NCBI GenBank assembly: GCA_050012755.1
Contig: JBEKGO010000008.1
Location: 1 to 62,626, forward strand
Direction: 5' to 3'
DNA from: Candidatus Bathyarchaeia archaeon
Lineage (GTDB): Archaea; Thermoproteota; Bathyarchaeia; Bathyarchaeales; Bathycorpusculaceae
DNA: 62,626 nucleotides
In this document: piece after piece, positions 37,621-47,154 of the stretch
How positions within the stretch are numbered: the stretch's first letter is position 1
Layout of the letters: the number at the start of each line of letters is the position of its first letter
Translations under genes and position numbers: made by a program
Notes under the pieces: generated by a model
The model's database searches: none
What the model saw: the letters and a program-made list of their open reading frames with translations, nothing else
Told to the model about the DNA's origin: nothing

Positions 37621-38196
37621 TTAGATGACTCCTTTGGAGCTGGGTACGCCTTTGCGTCTGGGATCAAGGGCTATGGCTTGCCTTAATGAGAGGGCGAGGG
37701 CTTTGGTTGCGGCTTCTGCTTTGTGGTGGTCATTGCTGCCGTATTCAACGAGCATGTGGACGTTTGCTTGCAGCGAGGTGGCTAGGGATTCGAAGAAGTG
37801 GTTGATGTCTTCCGTTGGCATGTTCTCTACTTTTTTGCCTCTGAGTTTTAGGTCAATTTTGAAGTACGGACGTTTAACCAAATCGACGGCTGCAAATGCT
37901 AAGGAGCAGTCCATTGGGGCAGCTGCGTTACCAAATCGAGTGATGCCTTCTCGGGTGCCTAAGGCTTTGTTAAATGCTTCGCCTAAGCCGATGGCTAAGT
38001 CTTCTACCATATGGTGTACTAAGTCGCCTTTGACTGAAGCGGTTATGTCAATTAGGCTGTGTGTTGCTAAGGAGGTGAGCATGTGGTCAAGAAAGGGTAC
38101 GCCTGAGTTTATGCTTGCTTTTCCTTCCCCGTCAAGATTCACTTTTACTTTAACTTCGGTTTCTTTGGTTTTTCGGTAAACTTCTTTTGTCCTCAT
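37621..38196 (-). CDS. hisB: Imidazoleglycerol-phosphate dehydratase
   Basis: RKTKET, FLDHML, HHMVED, NDHHKAEA, PSSKG. Confidence 0.97.
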   Translation of the reverse strand: MRTKEVYRKTKETEVKVKVNLDGEGKASINSGVPFLDHMLTSLATHSLIDITASVKGDLVHHMVEDLAIGLGEAFNKALGTREGITRFGNAAAPMDCSLAFAAVDLVKRPYFKIDLKLRGKKVENMPTEDINHFFESLATSLQANVHMLVEYGSNDHHKAEAATKALALSLRQAIALDPRRKGVPSSKGVI

Positions 38197-38197
38197 T

Positions 38198-39316
38198 TTA
38201 ATCACTTTGAATTTGTTTTAATGCTGAAATTAGTTTTTTGTTCATTTCTGGCAAGCCAACCGTTACTCGGAAACAATTATCATACTGCAGGATTTTACCC
38301 CATTTCTTGAGCATAATACCCCGTTTGAGTAGTTTTTCGTTAACTTCGTCAGCGGGTTTTTGCGTGTTAACCAGCAGGAAGTCTGCTTGTGAATCGAAGG
38401 CTTGCACTCCCTTTATTTGGTTTAGTGCACTAATCAGTTTTGCCCGCTCTGCTACGAGTTCTTTTACCGATACTTTCATCAAACTAATGTTGTCCAACAT
38501 TTTGCCGCCCATTCGAAGTGTGAAACCGCTAACTGGATACGGCAACGGTGCCTTTTCGCTTAGGATTTTAGCTAACTCAGGATTTGCAACCGCGTAACCA
38601 AGACGCAGAGCTGCTAACCCGAAGGCTTTAGAGAAAGTTCTAAGAATAATCATGTTCCTGAATTCTTTTATCCACGGCACAAACGAGTAATCAGCAAATT
38701 CCCCGTAAGCCTCGTCTAGGATGACTATGCCTGGGAAGGCTTTGGCTAAGGTTTCAACGTCTTCCATTTTGAATTGGGTTGATGTCGGGTTGTTTGGCGA
38801 ACAAAGGTACAGTAGTCGTGTTTTGTCGCTGAATTTGGATATGAGTCCTTTGACGTCAAGTTGTAGGTTGCTCAAAAGCGGTACTGCAATAAATTCGCCT
38901 CCTTGGCGTGTTACGCATAGCCTTGGAATGCTAAACGTTGGAGCAAACGAAATTGTGGCTTCTCCTTTTTCCACAAAGAGTCGCACAATTCGGTCGATCA
39001 ACTCGTCACTTCCATTGCCAACTGCAAAGTACTCTTCTGGGGCTCCGATGTAACGTGTTAGTTTGGCAAGGAATTTGGGCACTTCATCTTCAGGGTAAAG
39101 TCGCAGATCATATTCGTCAGCCAGCTCCTTCATCAACTTAGCCTGTTTGGCTCTATCAACAAACAAGCTTTCGTTAAAATTTAGCTTCACAATCTCGCTT
39201 GGAGAAACGCCTATTTGCTTCGCTACTGTTTCAGGTGTGGCTCCTGCTGAGTAGCAGTCTATTGCTTGGAGCTTTGCAAGTTTATCTTGTAGCCATTTTC
39301 TGTAAGATGTGCTCAT
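38198..39316 (-). CDS. hisC: Histidinol-phosphate aminotransferase
   Basis: KLNFNE, GNGSDELI, CSPNNPT, DEAYGEF, RTFSKAFGLAALRLGY. Confidence 0.95.
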   Translation of the reverse strand: MSTSYRKWLQDKLAKLQAIDCYSAGATPETVAKQIGVSPSEIVKLNFNESLFVDRAKQAKLMKELADEYDLRLYPEDEVPKFLAKLTRYIGAPEEYFAVGNGSDELIDRIVRLFVEKGEATISFAPTFSIPRLCVTRQGGEFIAVPLLSNLQLDVKGLISKFSDKTRLLYLCSPNNPTSTQFKMEDVETLAKAFPGIVILDEAYGEFADYSFVPWIKEFRNMIILRTFSKAFGLAALRLGYAVANPELAKILSEKAPLPYPVSGFTLRMGGKMLDNISLMKVSVKELVAERAKLISALNQIKGVQAFDSQADFLLVNTQKPADEVNEKLLKRGIMLKKWGKILQYDNCFRVTVGLPEMNKKLISALKQIQSD

Positions 39317-40614
39317 TTTTCAAACCTTGCCTGTATAGCTTTGTAGTGATTTGGAAGTTTTTCTGCTTCCGCCATGACTTTGACGCTGTCTTTTACTCTT
39401 TCAAGACCCGTTCTTGAGCTTTCAACTATGCTTACTCGCCGCATAAAGTCTAAAGCGGATAAGCCTGAAAATGACTGCGCAAAGCCGCCTGTGGGCAATA
39501 CATGGTTGGTGCCGCTGCCATAATCGCTGAGGGCCACTGGGCTGTAAGGACCCAAGAGTATGAGTCCAGCGATTAATTTCTCTGCAATCTCCTTGGGGTT
39601 AGCGGTTATGACTTCCAAGTGTTCTGGAGCAAACTGATTAACTAAACTAACGGCCTCATCCAAACTTTTGCAGACTATAATGAAGCCGTATTTGGATAGT
39701 GCCTCTGAAACTTTTTCGGCTCTTTCTGCGGAAGAAGCAACTCTTGTAAGGTTCTCTTGAACCTGCGTTGCAACCTTTTCAGATGTTGTAATTAATCCAG
39801 CAACGCTGTCTCCACCATGCTCAGCCTGCGAAACCATATCAAAAGCAATAAACCGTGGATTAGCCGATTCATCAGCCAAAACCAGCACTTCGCTCGGACC
39901 AGCCGGCATATCAATCGCCACATCTTTTGAAACCAAAACCTTTGCCGCCGTTACATATTTGTTGCCTGGACCTACGATTTTTCTTACTGGCTTTATGCTT
40001 TTGGTTCCGTAGGTTAACGCGGCTATGGCTTGGGTTCCGCCAACCTTGTAAATTTCATCGACTCCGCACATGTCAGCCGCCACAAGAACAAGCGAGTTAA
40101 CTTTGCCTTTTTGGTCAGACGGTGAACAAACAACAATTCTTGGGACGCCCGCGACTTTGGCGGGAATTGCAGTCATAATTAATGTGCTTGGGTAAGCGGC
40201 TTGTCCTCCTGGAACATAACAGCCTACGCTTTCGATTGGACGCAGAACAGTCTTAACACATATGCCATCGCCTGAAGAATCGATTTCGGTTTGGGTGAGC
40301 TGTTGCTTTTGGAAGGCATTGACTCGTTCTTTCATGAATCTTAGGGCTGAGACTTGTTCTCGGGTGGTTTTAGTGTAGGCTTCCTTGATTTCTTCTTTCC
40401 TGACTTTGAGGTTTCGCAGGGTTAGTTCTGCTTTGTCATATTTTAGGGCAAACTCAACTAGTGCGCCATCGCCTTTTTCTTTAACTTGTTTTATGATGGC
40501 TTTAACGCTGTTTTCAACTTCCTGAACTGCCTTTTCGTCTACTTTCTGCCGTTTAAACCAGTCTGATGGCAGCGCTTCTGATTTCCAGACTTTCACTTGG
40601 CTTTGCTTTTGCAC
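39313..40614 (-). CDS. hisD: Histidinol dehydrogenase
   Basis: YVPGG..AYPST, GPGNKYV, IDMPAGPSE, QAEH, APEHL, DYGSGTNHVLPT. Confidence 0.97.
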   Translation of the reverse strand: MQKQSQVKVWKSEALPSDWFKRQKVDEKAVQEVENSVKAIIKQVKEKGDGALVEFALKYDKAELTLRNLKVRKEEIKEAYTKTTREQVSALRFMKERVNAFQKQQLTQTEIDSSGDGICVKTVLRPIESVGCYVPGGQAAYPSTLIMTAIPAKVAGVPRIVVCSPSDQKGKVNSLVLVAADMCGVDEIYKVGGTQAIAALTYGTKSIKPVRKIVGPGNKYVTAAKVLVSKDVAIDMPAGPSEVLVLADESANPRFIAFDMVSQAEHGGDSVAGLITTSEKVATQVQENLTRVASSAERAEKVSEALSKYGFIIVCKSLDEAVSLVNQFAPEHLEVITANPKEIAEKLIAGLILLGPYSPVALSDYGSGTNHVLPTGGFAQSFSGLSALDFMRRVSIVESSRTGLERVKDSVKVMAEAEKLPNHYKAIQARFEK

Positions 40615-41594
40615 GGGTTCTCCACTCTTTTAGCAATCTCATCTAAAGCTAGCACCTGCCGCGGCTCATAAACGACTAAGCCCTGGGCGAGTTTTCGGAT
40701 TTTTGGTAAAAGCTCGATTAGGCAATCTTTTTCTATAACAGTGTTTACGCTTACCCAGGCATCATCGGCTAGCGGTGCTACTGTTGGATTTTTCAAGGCG
40801 GGCAATTCGGTAAGCAGTTTCTCAAGATTTGCTTTTTTGACGTTGACAAATATATGTATTCTCTTAGAACCATCAACGACACCTTTGAGTAAGGCTACTA
40901 TGTCGTAGATTTTTTCTCTTTTTTCCGGGTCTTCCAAAGCTTTCTTGTTTGCGATCAGAACAGCGGCAGATTTCATGACGGTTTCAATGATTCTTAGGTT
41001 GTTAGCTTCAATTGTTGTGCCGGTTTCTGTTACGTCCATTATGCAGTCCGAGTCTTCGGGTGGTTTTGCCTCTGTTGCTCCGAAGGAAAGGAAAATCTTT
41101 GCTTTTGGGTTGTCACCTTTTCTCCACCATGGAGTTACAATCATAGGGTCGGCATTACCAAAACGCTTCTTGTACTGCAGTATACTTTTGAGGTAGTCGG
41201 AGGCTATGTTGAGGTATTCTGTGCTGATTCGGAAGTTCTTGCCTTGGCTCCAAATGGACTCCATAAACTCGCCCATTGTGCTTTTTTCCGGGACATTTTT
41301 TGGGACAGCTATGACAAGTTTGATTTTTCCATATTCCAAGTTCTGCAGGATTTCTACGTCTGCTCGGTTTTCTTTAACCCAATCTTCTCCTGTAATACCA
41401 AGGTCTTGTAAGCCTTCGTTGACGAAGACGGGAATTTCTTGGGGTCTTAGGACCTTCATTTCGATTTTGGGGTCGTTTATTGTGGGTCTGTATGTGCGCT
41501 CGGTTCCTGAGAGTTTGTATCCTGAGCGAGCGAAGAATTCAGCTGTGGCTTTTGATAGGGAGCCTGCCGGTATTGCAAATTTTATTTTGTCCAT
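40593..41594 (-). CDS. hisG: ATP phosphoribosyltransferase (long form)
   Basis: FAIPAGSL, RPQEIP, DLGITGEDW, SFGATE, DVTETGTT, C-terminal regulatory domain. Confidence 0.95.
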   Translation of the reverse strand: MDKIKFAIPAGSLSKATAEFFARSGYKLSGTERTYRPTINDPKIEMKVLRPQEIPVFVNEGLQDLGITGEDWVKENRADVEILQNLEYGKIKLVIAVPKNVPEKSTMGEFMESIWSQGKNFRISTEYLNIASDYLKSILQYKKRFGNADPMIVTPWWRKGDNPKAKIFLSFGATEAKPPEDSDCIMDVTETGTTIEANNLRIIETVMKSAAVLIANKKALEDPEKREKIYDIVALLKGVVDGSKRIHIFVNVKKANLEKLLTELPALKNPTVAPLADDAWVSVNTVIEKDCLIELLPKIRKLAQGLVVYEPRQVLALDEIAKRVENPCKSKAK

Positions 41595-41843
41595 AATTTT
41601 TCACCTAAATTTTTAGAGAAACCTCTAAATGTTTTTTGCTTTGTTAAAACGGTACTTCGAAGGGTTGCGCCTAATTTCAAATAACTATTTGATTTCTGTC
41701 TTAGACATTTTGGATTGCTTCTAATGAACGCAATCGCCTTGTATGAACGCAATCCCTCATCATATACCACTGGAAGCACCTAAATACCTGTCTTCCTAAT
41801 AAATCTGTTCTCTAATATTTAACTGTCGAATGACAAAAAGACG

Positions 41844-42431
41844 CTAAACGGAAGGCCGTTTACGTTCTTTAACCTCAAAAACCAACGGCGGCACCGAATT
41901 TTTGGTTTCCAACTCAACGCTTAGTAATCCTTCCAATATGCCCTTCCAGATTTCACAGTCATTGATGAAAGGATTTTTCAGAAGTAAAAACTTGTCTTTC
42001 AAATAGAAATCTCCGAATCCCTGCACTTTTAAACGTTCGAAAACTTTTTCCCAATTAGCCTGTTCGTTTGCTTCAATTCCAGATGTTGATTGGATAGAAA
42101 CTTTCAGGGCATTACCCATATTTTCACCAACCACATGCCATTTTTCTTTTGGAATCTGTTGAGTTAATATGTTAAATAATTCTACGTTCACAAGGGCTAT
42201 GCGACTTATTCCGCAGTAATATTCACCTGGAAAATTCCAGTCGTAAACCATCATGCTTCTATACATTTCGAGCATTTTAGAAATGAGCGGTTTAATTCCA
42301 GATTCTTTGCCTTCTCTGATGAGTGATTCGATGAATTCTCGTTCCTTCTTTTCAAGAATTATAGTTGTTCTTTTTGCTTCTTCATTTTTCAGCGTAGGCA
42401 AATCAGGGGATACCCGGTTTCTATTCTGCAT
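41844..42431 (-). CDS. Hypothetical protein (possible N-terminal ribbon-helix-helix regulator)
   Basis: KRTTIILEKKEREFIESL N-terminus; 195-aa clean ORF. Confidence 0.65.
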   Translation of the reverse strand: MQNRNRVSPDLPTLKNEEAKRTTIILEKKEREFIESLIREGKESGIKPLISKMLEMYRSMMVYDWNFPGEYYCGISRIALVNVELFNILTQQIPKEKWHVVGENMGNALKVSIQSTSGIEANEQANWEKVFERLKVQGFGDFYLKDKFLLLKNPFINDCEIWKGILEGLLSVELETKNSVPPLVFEVKERKRPSV

Positions 42432-42553
42432 ATACGTTATTGCTGAGTTAATATTTAATATGCCTTATGTATTTTGGAAGTGTATTTGAACTCAGGGTTT
42501 TCCGTTAAAAACTGTTAAGAATAGTTAATAAAACAGGCATTGTTTATAGAGCG

Positions 42554-42611
42554 TTGCCGATGAAGAATCTAAAATGCTGATTGATGATGCACCCTGGGGT
42601 ATCTGAGGCAA
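42554..42611 (+). ncRNA. C/D-box guide sRNA
   Basis: Terminal stem TTGCC/GGCAA; C box ATGAAGA 42560, D' CTGA 42577, C' TGATGA 42582, D CTGA 42603; TTAATAAA upstream. Confidence 0.8.
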
Positions 42612-42613
42612 AA

Positions 42614-42847
42614 CTAAGCTTGTATTACCTTCTTTTTGACGAGAAAGAACATGAACACTAAGCCCACAATGAACAGTAAGGCGCCGACTCCTGCTGAAAC
42701 ATAGCCGTCAACATTTAGCTTCCCCATTGCGTATGGAACATATGTTGGACCTACAAAAATTAAGAGCATTGATACAATAACAAATGCAACCCTTGTGAAC
42801 TTTGAATATGTAACTTCAACATTCATGTTTTCTTCTGCTTCAGTCAA
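42614..42847 (-). CDS. Small 2-TM membrane protein
   Basis: Two hydrophobic helices around GPTYVP; directly downstream of the PAC2 gene. Confidence 0.7.
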   Translation of the reverse strand: MTEAEENMNVEVTYSKFTRVAFVIVSMLLIFVGPTYVPYAMGKLNVDGYVSAGVGALLFIVGLVFMFFLVKKKVIQA

Positions 42848-42865
42848 CTGTAACCCCGCCTTAAC

Positions 42866-43534
42866 TTACTCTTCTGATGCAATGCTTTCCCCTAAACCTT
42901 CTTTTATCTCTTTTCCTAAAGACTTCATCAAAAACTTAAAAACCAAAAATCCAGCTTCTCGGTCAGCTTTAAAACCCGTAGTGGTTCCCAACAAGCTTAC
43001 TCCCTCAAGTTTTCTTTCCTTAGCCATTGCCAAAGTTAGCCCCGTTCCCCCAACGATTCTGCCTTTGCTGTAAATAACCGCACCTTTTTCCATAAACTCA
43101 GTCGCTAACCTCGGAGAAGTAGCAGCAACGTAAACCTGAGCCTTATCCTCAGTTATGGGAATACCACCCATAGTTACAATAAAATGACAACCCAATGAAG
43201 CAGCAAAATCAATTACTTCTTCGCAAACAACGTAGTGAGCAACTACATCGTCAAATGAGGGTTGAATTTCACCTGTCATTATTACTAGATTATTTTTCTC
43301 CATGGGCGCATAATAAAACTCGTATTTGGGCAAGGTGCAGATGCCCTTGCTGCTTATTCCCACGTAATCTGGAAATGAAGGAGAATATAGCTCTGCAAAA
43401 GGTTTTGCGTCAAAGAATTTTATAAGCAGATGTGCCGCAATTCTGCCGACATTTCCAAAACCGGGAAGTCCCTGAACAAAAATTGGGTTTTCCAAAGTCG
43501 GCTCAGAAAGCTTGCGCAAATACGGCTTATCCAT
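42866..43534 (-). CDS. PAC2-family proteasome assembly chaperone-like protein
   Basis: LENPIFVQGLPGFGNVGRIAA, LYSPSFP, TMGG, IVGGTGL. Confidence 0.88.
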   Translation of the reverse strand: MDKPYLRKLSEPTLENPIFVQGLPGFGNVGRIAAHLLIKFFDAKPFAELYSPSFPDYVGISSKGICTLPKYEFYYAPMEKNNLVIMTGEIQPSFDDVVAHYVVCEEVIDFAASLGCHFIVTMGGIPITEDKAQVYVAATSPRLATEFMEKGAVIYSKGRIVGGTGLTLAMAKERKLEGVSLLGTTTGFKADREAGFLVFKFLMKSLGKEIKEGLGESIASEE

Positions 43535-43663
43535 CAGTAAACATCCTTCGGCAAAGAATTGTATGTCGCCTCTAAAATCCTTTTGCCGAAAATGGAAAAG
43601 AAACTATTAATATTTGACGAATAACCTAATAGGATGCTAAATCATCCTTTATGAAATAAATAT

Positions 43664-43742
43664 AGCGGGGTGGGGTAGCCAGGATTAACCCGCTGGGCTC
43701 ATAACCCAGAGATCACTAGTTCAAATCTAGTCCCCGCTACCA
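43664..43742 (+). tRNA. Initiator tRNA-Met(CAT)
   Basis: A1:U72 pair (AGCGGGG/CCCCGCT), three G-C pairs in the anticodon stem (GGG-CTCATAA-CCC), encoded CCA. Confidence 0.96.
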
Positions 43743-43882
43743 ACAAAAACCAACGGCTTTTTGCTGTATTTTAACAGGCAAAAGACGTTATATCATCTTG
43801 AAAAGTGCAGATCTCAGTTCCATGCATAGCTATATTGAATCAATTTGGACAAACAAAAGACGGCTAACATGGATTAGCATAT

Positions 43883-44308
43883 TTATGGATTTGTTTGCTT
43901 GGTGGCTAAAACGAATGCTCCGCCTACAATGCCAAGTATTGCACCAATGAAGTAGCCGCCCATGCCTACAAAGCTGACAACTGAAAAGATGATGATTATT
44001 ATTGCCCAAATTGTGCTTTGATGCGGATCAACTTTCAGCATGATAGCCCCTATCAAAACAATTACGCCACAGACCAAAGCTACAACTGAAATCCCCGCTA
44101 GAAAACCGTTGGAGTTGCCGTAACTGCCCATGAAGTTGTGGTATCCATCCATTGCTCCGCGCATAAAGTTGCCGAAGCCTCCAAAGTTTGCCGCGCCTGA
44201 AAGAAACCAAACAAGATTTACAAGGCTTGCTATCAATACGATTAAGCCTCCAACTAGCGACACGATGAACGCGAATGTTAATGCTTGATTTGTAGACATA
44301 AAATTCAC
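43883..44308 (-). CDS. Hypothetical Gly-rich membrane protein
   Basis: About four TM helices, GGYFIGAILGIVGG. Confidence 0.75.
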   Translation of the reverse strand: MNFMSTNQALTFAFIVSLVGGLIVLIASLVNLVWFLSGAANFGGFGNFMRGAMDGYHNFMGSYGNSNGFLAGISVVALVCGVIVLIGAIMLKVDPHQSTIWAIIIIIFSVVSFVGMGGYFIGAILGIVGGAFVLATKQTNP

Positions 44309-46066
44309 CTACAAGAATCTCCTTGGGTCAGTATCAATATCTACAATTGTTGGTTTATTGGCAAATAGTGCTTTGTCGACGGCTGCCTGGAGCTCGCTTG
44401 GTTCTGTAACTTTTATGCCCATGCCGCCTGAATGCTCAGCGAAGTCTGCGAAATTGTAGTCGTAGAGGTCGGTTTGCCAACTCTCGTAACCTTCAACTTT
44501 TTGTTCCTGCATGATCATTCCCAAGCGTTTGTTGTTCATAACAAAAACTTTCACTTGCAATCTGTATTTCAAGGCTGTTAAGAAGTCGCCTAGAACCATC
44601 GTTAAGCCGCCGTCACCGGTCAAACAGACAATTTGCTTGTTCGGATAAGCTAATGCCGCAGCCATAGCGCCTGGTAAACCAAAACCCATTGTGGCTAAGG
44701 TGCCGCTCATAACCATCTTCTGTGTCTTTTTCATCATAAAGTTGCGGCCAAACCACCAGCAGTTTTCGCCCACATCCAGTGAAATTACAGCGTCATCTGC
44801 GATTTTTTCGTTCAAAACCTTAATTATGAATTGGGGTCTAATTGGTTTCGCGTTGCTGTCGGCTTCTTTTCCAAGTTGATTAAGCCATTCTTGCTTCAAC
44901 CTAGCAATCTCAGTCAAATAGTCAGCATTCTGCTTCTGTTGAACCTTTTCTGTTAGTTTTGGAATCAATATTGCACTGTTGCCGAGCAAGCCGACTTCAA
45001 CAGGGTATCTGCGTGCAATCATTAACGGGTTAATATCGATCTGCACGGTCTTCTTCTGAGGAATTAACGATAAATCCGAAAATGAGCTTCCGATAGCTAT
45101 CAGCAAATCCGCTTTCTGCATTAGCTTTCCTGCCGCTGTTGAACCGACACCACCGTGGCAACCGACATCCAAGGGTTCACGCTCATCAATCACTCCTTTT
45201 GCTCTGAAAGTTGTGATTATCGGCGCAGAAAGTTTTGTTGCCAATTTTAGCAGTTTCGTTCCCTGACCCCTAGCCCCAAAACCTGCAAGAATCACTGGCC
45301 TAACTGCTTGGTCAATGATTTTTGCCGCCTTTTCAATTAACCATTCTTCCTGTCCATAAGCGAGATTTGGCATTCTGCCTTCAAACGGCAAAATATCTGC
45401 TTCATAAGGAAGCTTCTGTACGTCATTGGGAATGCCGATGTGGGCAACACCTTGGTCTAAAAGTGCGTGTTTGATAGCCAAAGTAGCAAGCGAGGTTGTT
45501 TGATCTTCAGACATCAAAACACTGTTAAAAACGGATAAAGGCTCAAAAAAAGCGTATTGATCAACCTCTTGCAATGAACCTGAACCTATTAGTGGCCTTG
45601 GTACCATTCCAGTTAACGCTAAAACAGGCGAATGATCCAATTTGGCATCGTACAATCCAGTGCTCAAATTTGTGGTTCCGGGACCAGAAATTCCTAGGCA
45701 AGCGGCAATGTGACCTGTAAGTTTCCCGTAGGCTGAAGCCATAAAAGCTGCTGTTTCTTCATGCCTGACTTGCAGGTACTTGACTTTGCCGTTGCTTTTA
45801 CGTATAGCATCCACTACGCCTAATGTTGAGGTGCCGGGAATGCCGAAAACGTATTGAACGCCCCATTCGGCAATTTGGTTTATTAAAACTTCTGAAACTG
45901 TATGCTCAGCTTTTTTCTCTTCAGCTTGTTCAGTTAACAAGACAAAAGCCGATTTGGTTGCTCCACAAACTGGGCAAACCCATTCTTTAGGCAAATCATT
46001 GAACTTCTTGCCCTCTTTTGCCTCGTCGTAAACGTAATTGCAAACTGTGCATCTGTATCTTGCCAA
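44309..46066 (-). CDS. Rubredoxin-fused TPP-dependent pyruvate oxidase/dehydrogenase-like enzyme
   Basis: CTVC...WVCPVC rubredoxin; [27 protein letters not shown]...NN. Confidence 0.9.
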   Translation of the reverse strand: MARYRCTVCNYVYDEAKEGKKFNDLPKEWVCPVCGATKSAFVLLTEQAEEKKAEHTVSEVLINQIAEWGVQYVFGIPGTSTLGVVDAIRKSNGKVKYLQVRHEETAAFMASAYGKLTGHIAACLGISGPGTTNLSTGLYDAKLDHSPVLALTGMVPRPLIGSGSLQEVDQYAFFEPLSVFNSVLMSEDQTTSLATLAIKHALLDQGVAHIGIPNDVQKLPYEADILPFEGRMPNLAYGQEEWLIEKAAKIIDQAVRPVILAGFGARGQGTKLLKLATKLSAPIITTFRAKGVIDEREPLDVGCHGGVGSTAAGKLMQKADLLIAIGSSFSDLSLIPQKKTVQIDINPLMIARRYPVEVGLLGNSAILIPKLTEKVQQKQNADYLTEIARLKQEWLNQLGKEADSNAKPIRPQFIIKVLNEKIADDAVISLDVGENCWWFGRNFMMKKTQKMVMSGTLATMGFGLPGAMAAALAYPNKQIVCLTGDGGLTMVLGDFLTALKYRLQVKVFVMNNKRLGMIMQEQKVEGYESWQTDLYDYNFADFAEHSGGMGIKVTEPSELQAAVDKALFANKPTIVDIDTDPRRFL

Positions 46067-46262
46067 AATTGCACCCTCAAAAACTGCTAATATTAACTAA
46101 ACGATTTCCACTTTATCTGTTTATTGGCTAACCACTTTTGTCATTTTTAGAAAACTAAGATGAGTTGAGAATACCTATGCAAGTCCAACTTTTCTTCCTT
46201 CCCCGTGAGAATTTCAAGTAATGAAAACTTTTTCTTTGATAGAAAGCTTTCCTAATGTACTC

Positions 46263-46997
46263 TTACTTTTTCGTGAGAGTTATCTCAATTGTTGATACCA
46301 TTCTTGCTCTGGTTTCGCCTTCTCTTGGCGGCATCTGTTCTGTTCCAATCGCGATTCTAGTTACTTCTAGGTCTTTTAAGAAACGATTTCTCGTTATTTC
46401 AGCTGCGTCAACGGCTGTGGTTATTGCTTGACCTCTGGCTTTCAAGATTATTTCTTTGGCATTGCTTGCCGACAAGCCTGTGATAATCGCTAAAACATAA
46501 TCCATTGGCATTTTATTTCCAACGAAAACAATTTTCGATTTTTCCGACTCAGCTGAACTACTGACTTTGGGGATTTCAATTTCTCTGTGGTTGATTTTAT
46601 CTTCACTTGGCTTAATCACAACTGTTTGGTCTTCAATTTCGGCGTTGCAACTCTTCTTGACCACTTCAACGGCGTTTAGGCAATCCTCTTTGGTTTGGTA
46701 TACTTCACTCTGAGCTATTATCTCCCCGTTTGCAGCCTTTAGATGGAATCTGAACTTGTCTGTTGTATCCTTGAAAATCTGGTATTTTGGGTTTGGCACT
46801 TTCCGGTCTTCAATTGTTAAGTCTTCGATTTCTGAGTTGCAGTTTTTCTGTATGCTTTTTATACCGTTCACGCAGCCTGCGTGTTGCTCGTAAGCTTCGC
46901 CGACAGCTATAATTTTGTTGTTATCGGCTCGGAGGCGAAAACGGAATTTTCCTGCGTTATCTTTGTACAATTGGAATTTTGGAGACATAAGAGTCAC
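46263..46997 (-). CDS. YegP/DUF1508 tandem repeat fused to Alba
   Basis: Two KFRF.L.A.N..IIA repeats; C-terminal FVGNKMPMDYVLA, KARGQAITTAVD, GTE, STIEI. Confidence 0.85.
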   Translation of the reverse strand: MTLMSPKFQLYKDNAGKFRFRLRADNNKIIAVGEAYEQHAGCVNGIKSIQKNCNSEIEDLTIEDRKVPNPKYQIFKDTTDKFRFHLKAANGEIIAQSEVYQTKEDCLNAVEVVKKSCNAEIEDQTVVIKPSEDKINHREIEIPKVSSSAESEKSKIVFVGNKMPMDYVLAIITGLSASNAKEIILKARGQAITTAVDAAEITRNRFLKDLEVTRIAIGTEQMPPREGETRARMVSTIEITLTKK

Positions 46998-47154
46998 AAG
47001 TGCTATTGGAGTTTGGTTGTAGAAAAGCTTTTGCCCGTTTCTTGGGAAGAGTCCTGACTGTACAACGTTCTACATGTTTAGATCGGGTAGATTACTAGAG
47101 TGCCACTCCAACAATTCATAAATTACACTAATTCCAATATTTACTTGGTAAGAG

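Noticed and set aside
37625-38179. Long antisense ORFs over hisB, hisF, ilvE, the kinase, nfnA and others
   Set aside because: Reverse-frame shadows of well-supported genes
43546-43600. Hairpin TTCGGCAAA...TTTGCCGAA upstream of the PAC2 gene
   Set aside because: Isolated stem with no supporting motif
43682-43688. GGATTAA half-site
   Set aside because: Part of the tRNA-Met D-loop; no second half
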